A DNA stretch of 36,952 nucleotides. Origin: a virus (lineage: Duplodnaviria > Caudoviricetes). Positions 34,985-36,952 of this stretch are shown here, piece by piece. The notes beneath the pieces were generated by a model. It worked only from the letters and a program-made list of their open reading frames with translations, ran no database searches and had not been told where the DNA came from. The translations under genes and the position numbers were made by a program. Position 1 is the first letter of the stretch. Each line of letters opens with the position of its first letter. The stretch is taken from IMG/VR virus record IMGVR_UViG_3300032273_000075, positions 1 to 36,952 of that record. One strand, written 5' to 3'.

Positions 34985-36952
34985 ATGGCAAAAATGAACT
35001 TATCAGTCATCATGCAAACCATTGATAAAACATCTTCGGTTGTCAAAAAAATTACTTCAACGCAAAGCAAATATGCAAAGCAATTGGGGCAAGTCAAAGA
35101 GCAAAGCCAAAAAATAAGCGGTAACCAAGCACTGATTTCTAATTTTAGAAAAACAGGCGCAGAAGCTTCAAAAAACAGAAATAAATTAAACGGTGCACAA
35201 CAAAAGCTTGCTCAACTAAATGAGAAAATGACCGCGTCTAAAAAACCTTCAGCCGCATTGCAAAGCCAATTCAAAAAACAACAATTGGCAGTTAAAAACC
35301 TAAAAACAACCCAAAGCGAATACACCAAAGCGTTAACCAAAACACAAAATAAACTTAAAAGTGCAGGTGTGAATGTTAATCGTTTAAATAGTGAGGAAAA
35401 ACGACTATCAGCAGAATATAACAAGCGCATCGGTCAAATGAGCGCACTTGCCAAAAAAGAGGAACGGCTACAAAAGGTAAGAGCAAAGCTAAGTAAGTTA
35501 AAATTACCAAACATAGGCGGCGCAGCATTAGCAAAAGGTGGGGCAATATTAGGAGGGCTAAGTTTTGCAGGTTTATTTTCTCAACTAAACGGCTCTGCAG
35601 GTGAAATGGATAAACTATCCAAATCCGCGCAAAACCTAAAAATGCCAGTTGAAGAACTGCAAGCAATGCAATCACAAGCTGAACATGCAGGTGTTAGCGC
35701 TGACACAATGGCATCAGCAATGATTCGATTTACTAAACGTTTAGGCGTACTGCAAACAACAGGTGCAGGTGCCATGGGATCTTTTCTCAAAAAAGGAAAA
35801 AACCCATTATACAAAGAACTAAAAGCGGCTGGTGATACACAGCAAGCATACGATAAATTATTAGGCTCATTTTCTAAGCTAAAAACCAATCAAGAACAAA
35901 TGGCGTTCGCTGATGCCGCCTTTGGTCAAGATGGTCGTAGAATGTTAATTATGCTTAGAGAAGGAACAACTGGCCTATCCAAAGCAAGAAAAGAATTTAA
36001 TGAGTTAGGCGGCGGTGTCAAAACCGAAGATGCACAAAAAGCAGAAGCCTATAACGATGCAATGCAAAAAATACAAGAGTCTATACGCTCAATAAAATTT
36101 GCCGCACTTGCGCCTATCATGGAAAAAATGACCAAGGTGTTCACTGTATTTTCAGATAAATTTAAAAACGCAGAATGGCGTGAAGGAGTGATAAGGAAAG
36201 TAACCGCAACAGTCACAACCTTATATAACGCATTCAAAACATTAGGTGGCGGTTTAGTCTGGGCAACACAGAAGTTACCAGAGATAGTGGCTGGTATCGC
36301 TTTATTAAAAATCGGAATATTTGCCTTAAACGCGGCATTAATAGCAAACCCGATTGGGTTAGTAGTTGCAGGTGTTGCGGCACTCATTGTGGTTGTCGGT
36401 TACTTAATAACAAAAGTAGGTGGCCTGACTGCTATTTGGGATGGATTTACTGAAGCAATGGGCAGTGTTTGGCAAACCCTAAAAGACACCGGCACATTAA
36501 TAAACGATTTTATCACTCCTTCAATTGATGGAATGGGTGGCACATTTGACCGAGTAAAAGCAGGTTTTATGGCAGGCATCAACATTATAAAAACACAGTT
36601 TTTAGTGATACCGCGTGCAATCATGAAAGCACTCTCACTCATACCATCAAAACTATTACCTGATGGTTGGGGTGACAGCATCAAGAGTGCACAAAAACAA
36701 TTAGAGGAAATGAACAGTGGCATAGTAAACGATGCAAAAGCCAATATTGAATATGCTGTAACAGGTGCAACTGACAAACCATTACAATCAGCGTCCAAGC
36801 GTGAAATGTTAAAGCACCCAAGCATACAAAGTAAATCACAAGTTGAAGTGCGCATTAAATCTGATAAGCCTGTTGAAATAACACAAGCTAAATCAGATAA
36901 ACACACAGATATGATGGTTGATACTGGTGAATTATTAGGGAGTGGATTTTAA
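34985..36952 (+). CDS. tail tape measure protein
   Basis: Long helical Ala/Lys-rich protein with ANPIGLVV hydrophobic segment; follows the chaperones; stop codon at window end. Confidence 0.93.
   Translation: MAKMNLSVIMQTIDKTSSVVKKITSTQSKYAKQLGQVKEQSQKISGNQALISNFRKTGAEASKNRNKLNGAQQKLAQLNEKMTASKKPSAALQSQFKKQQLAVKNLKTTQSEYTKALTKTQNKLKSAGVNVNRLNSEEKRLSAEYNKRIGQMSALAKKEERLQKVRAKLSKLKLPNIGGAALAKGGAILGGLSFAGLFSQLNGSAGEMDKLSKSAQNLKMPVEELQAMQSQAEHAGVSADTMASAMIRFTKRLGVLQTTGAGAMGSFLKKGKNPLYKELKAAGDTQQAYDKLLGSFSKLKTNQEQMAFADAAFGQDGRRMLIMLREGTTGLSKARKEFNELGGGVKTEDAQKAEAYNDAMQKIQESIRSIKFAALAPIMEKMTKVFTVFSDKFKNAEWREGVIRKVTATVTTLYNAFKTLGGGLVWATQKLPEIVAGIALLKIGIFALNAALIANPIGLVVAGVAALIVVVGYLITKVGGLTAIWDGFTEAMGSVWQTLKDTGTLINDFITPSIDGMGGTFDRVKAGFMAGINIIKTQFLVIPRAIMKALSLIPSKLLPDGWGDSIKSAQKQLEEMNSGIVNDAKANIEYAVTGATDKPLQSASKREMLKHPSIQSKSQVEVRIKSDKPVEITQAKSDKHTDMMVDTGELLGSGF

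Larger units (their letters stand above)
1337..36952. mobile_element. P2-related prophage with Mu-like tail, integrated at the tmRNA 3' end; right end beyond window
   Basis: Integrase abutting ssrA; immunity, gpA, ogr, head, tail and lysis genes all present. Confidence 0.95.

Noticed and set aside
2629-36906. Many short antisense or overlapping ORFs in the track (e.g. 2629-2895, 10044-10268, 19557-19862, 22793-23110, 36400-36906)
   Set aside because: Shadow ORFs overlapping well-supported genes, with no recognisable motifs
1-36952. CRISPR array, tRNA/rRNA genes, IS elements
   Set aside because: No repeat-spacer periodicity, no transposase; the only tRNA-like structure is the tmRNA

Overview
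An AT-rich gammaproteobacterial chromosome segment. The tmRNA tag ANDSNYSLAA is compatible with a Psychromonas-like marine host, but that is only an inference. Host smpB and ssrA (tmRNA) are followed by a ~35.6 kb P2-related prophage integrated at the tmRNA 3' end; attR is not in the window. Gene order: integrase; accessory island 1 (two membrane proteins plus an ART-like/DUF6575-like pair); lambdoid CI(S24)/Cro plus 186/P2-type Apl/Cox and CII; early genes; gpA replicase with internal ori; accessory island 2 (exported moron protein, C4-antisense-controlled Bro-N antirepressor, a three-gene operon ending in an ART-like gene, a DNA methyltransferase); ogr; a cos-like site; Mu-type baseplate and tail fibre; lysis; P2-type portal, terminase, scaffold, capsid and completion genes; Mu-type sheath and tube; a displaced small terminase; a tail chaperone with a -1 frameshift; tape measure. 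The best candidates for an undescribed system are the two putative ADP-ribosyltransferase-like anti-phage cassettes in the accessory hotspots (14076-15860 and 4070-5802). The prophage also has an unusually shuffled P2-head/Mu-tail architecture, with LexA boxes upstream of the late activator. All family calls come from motif recognition by eye; no database searches were run.
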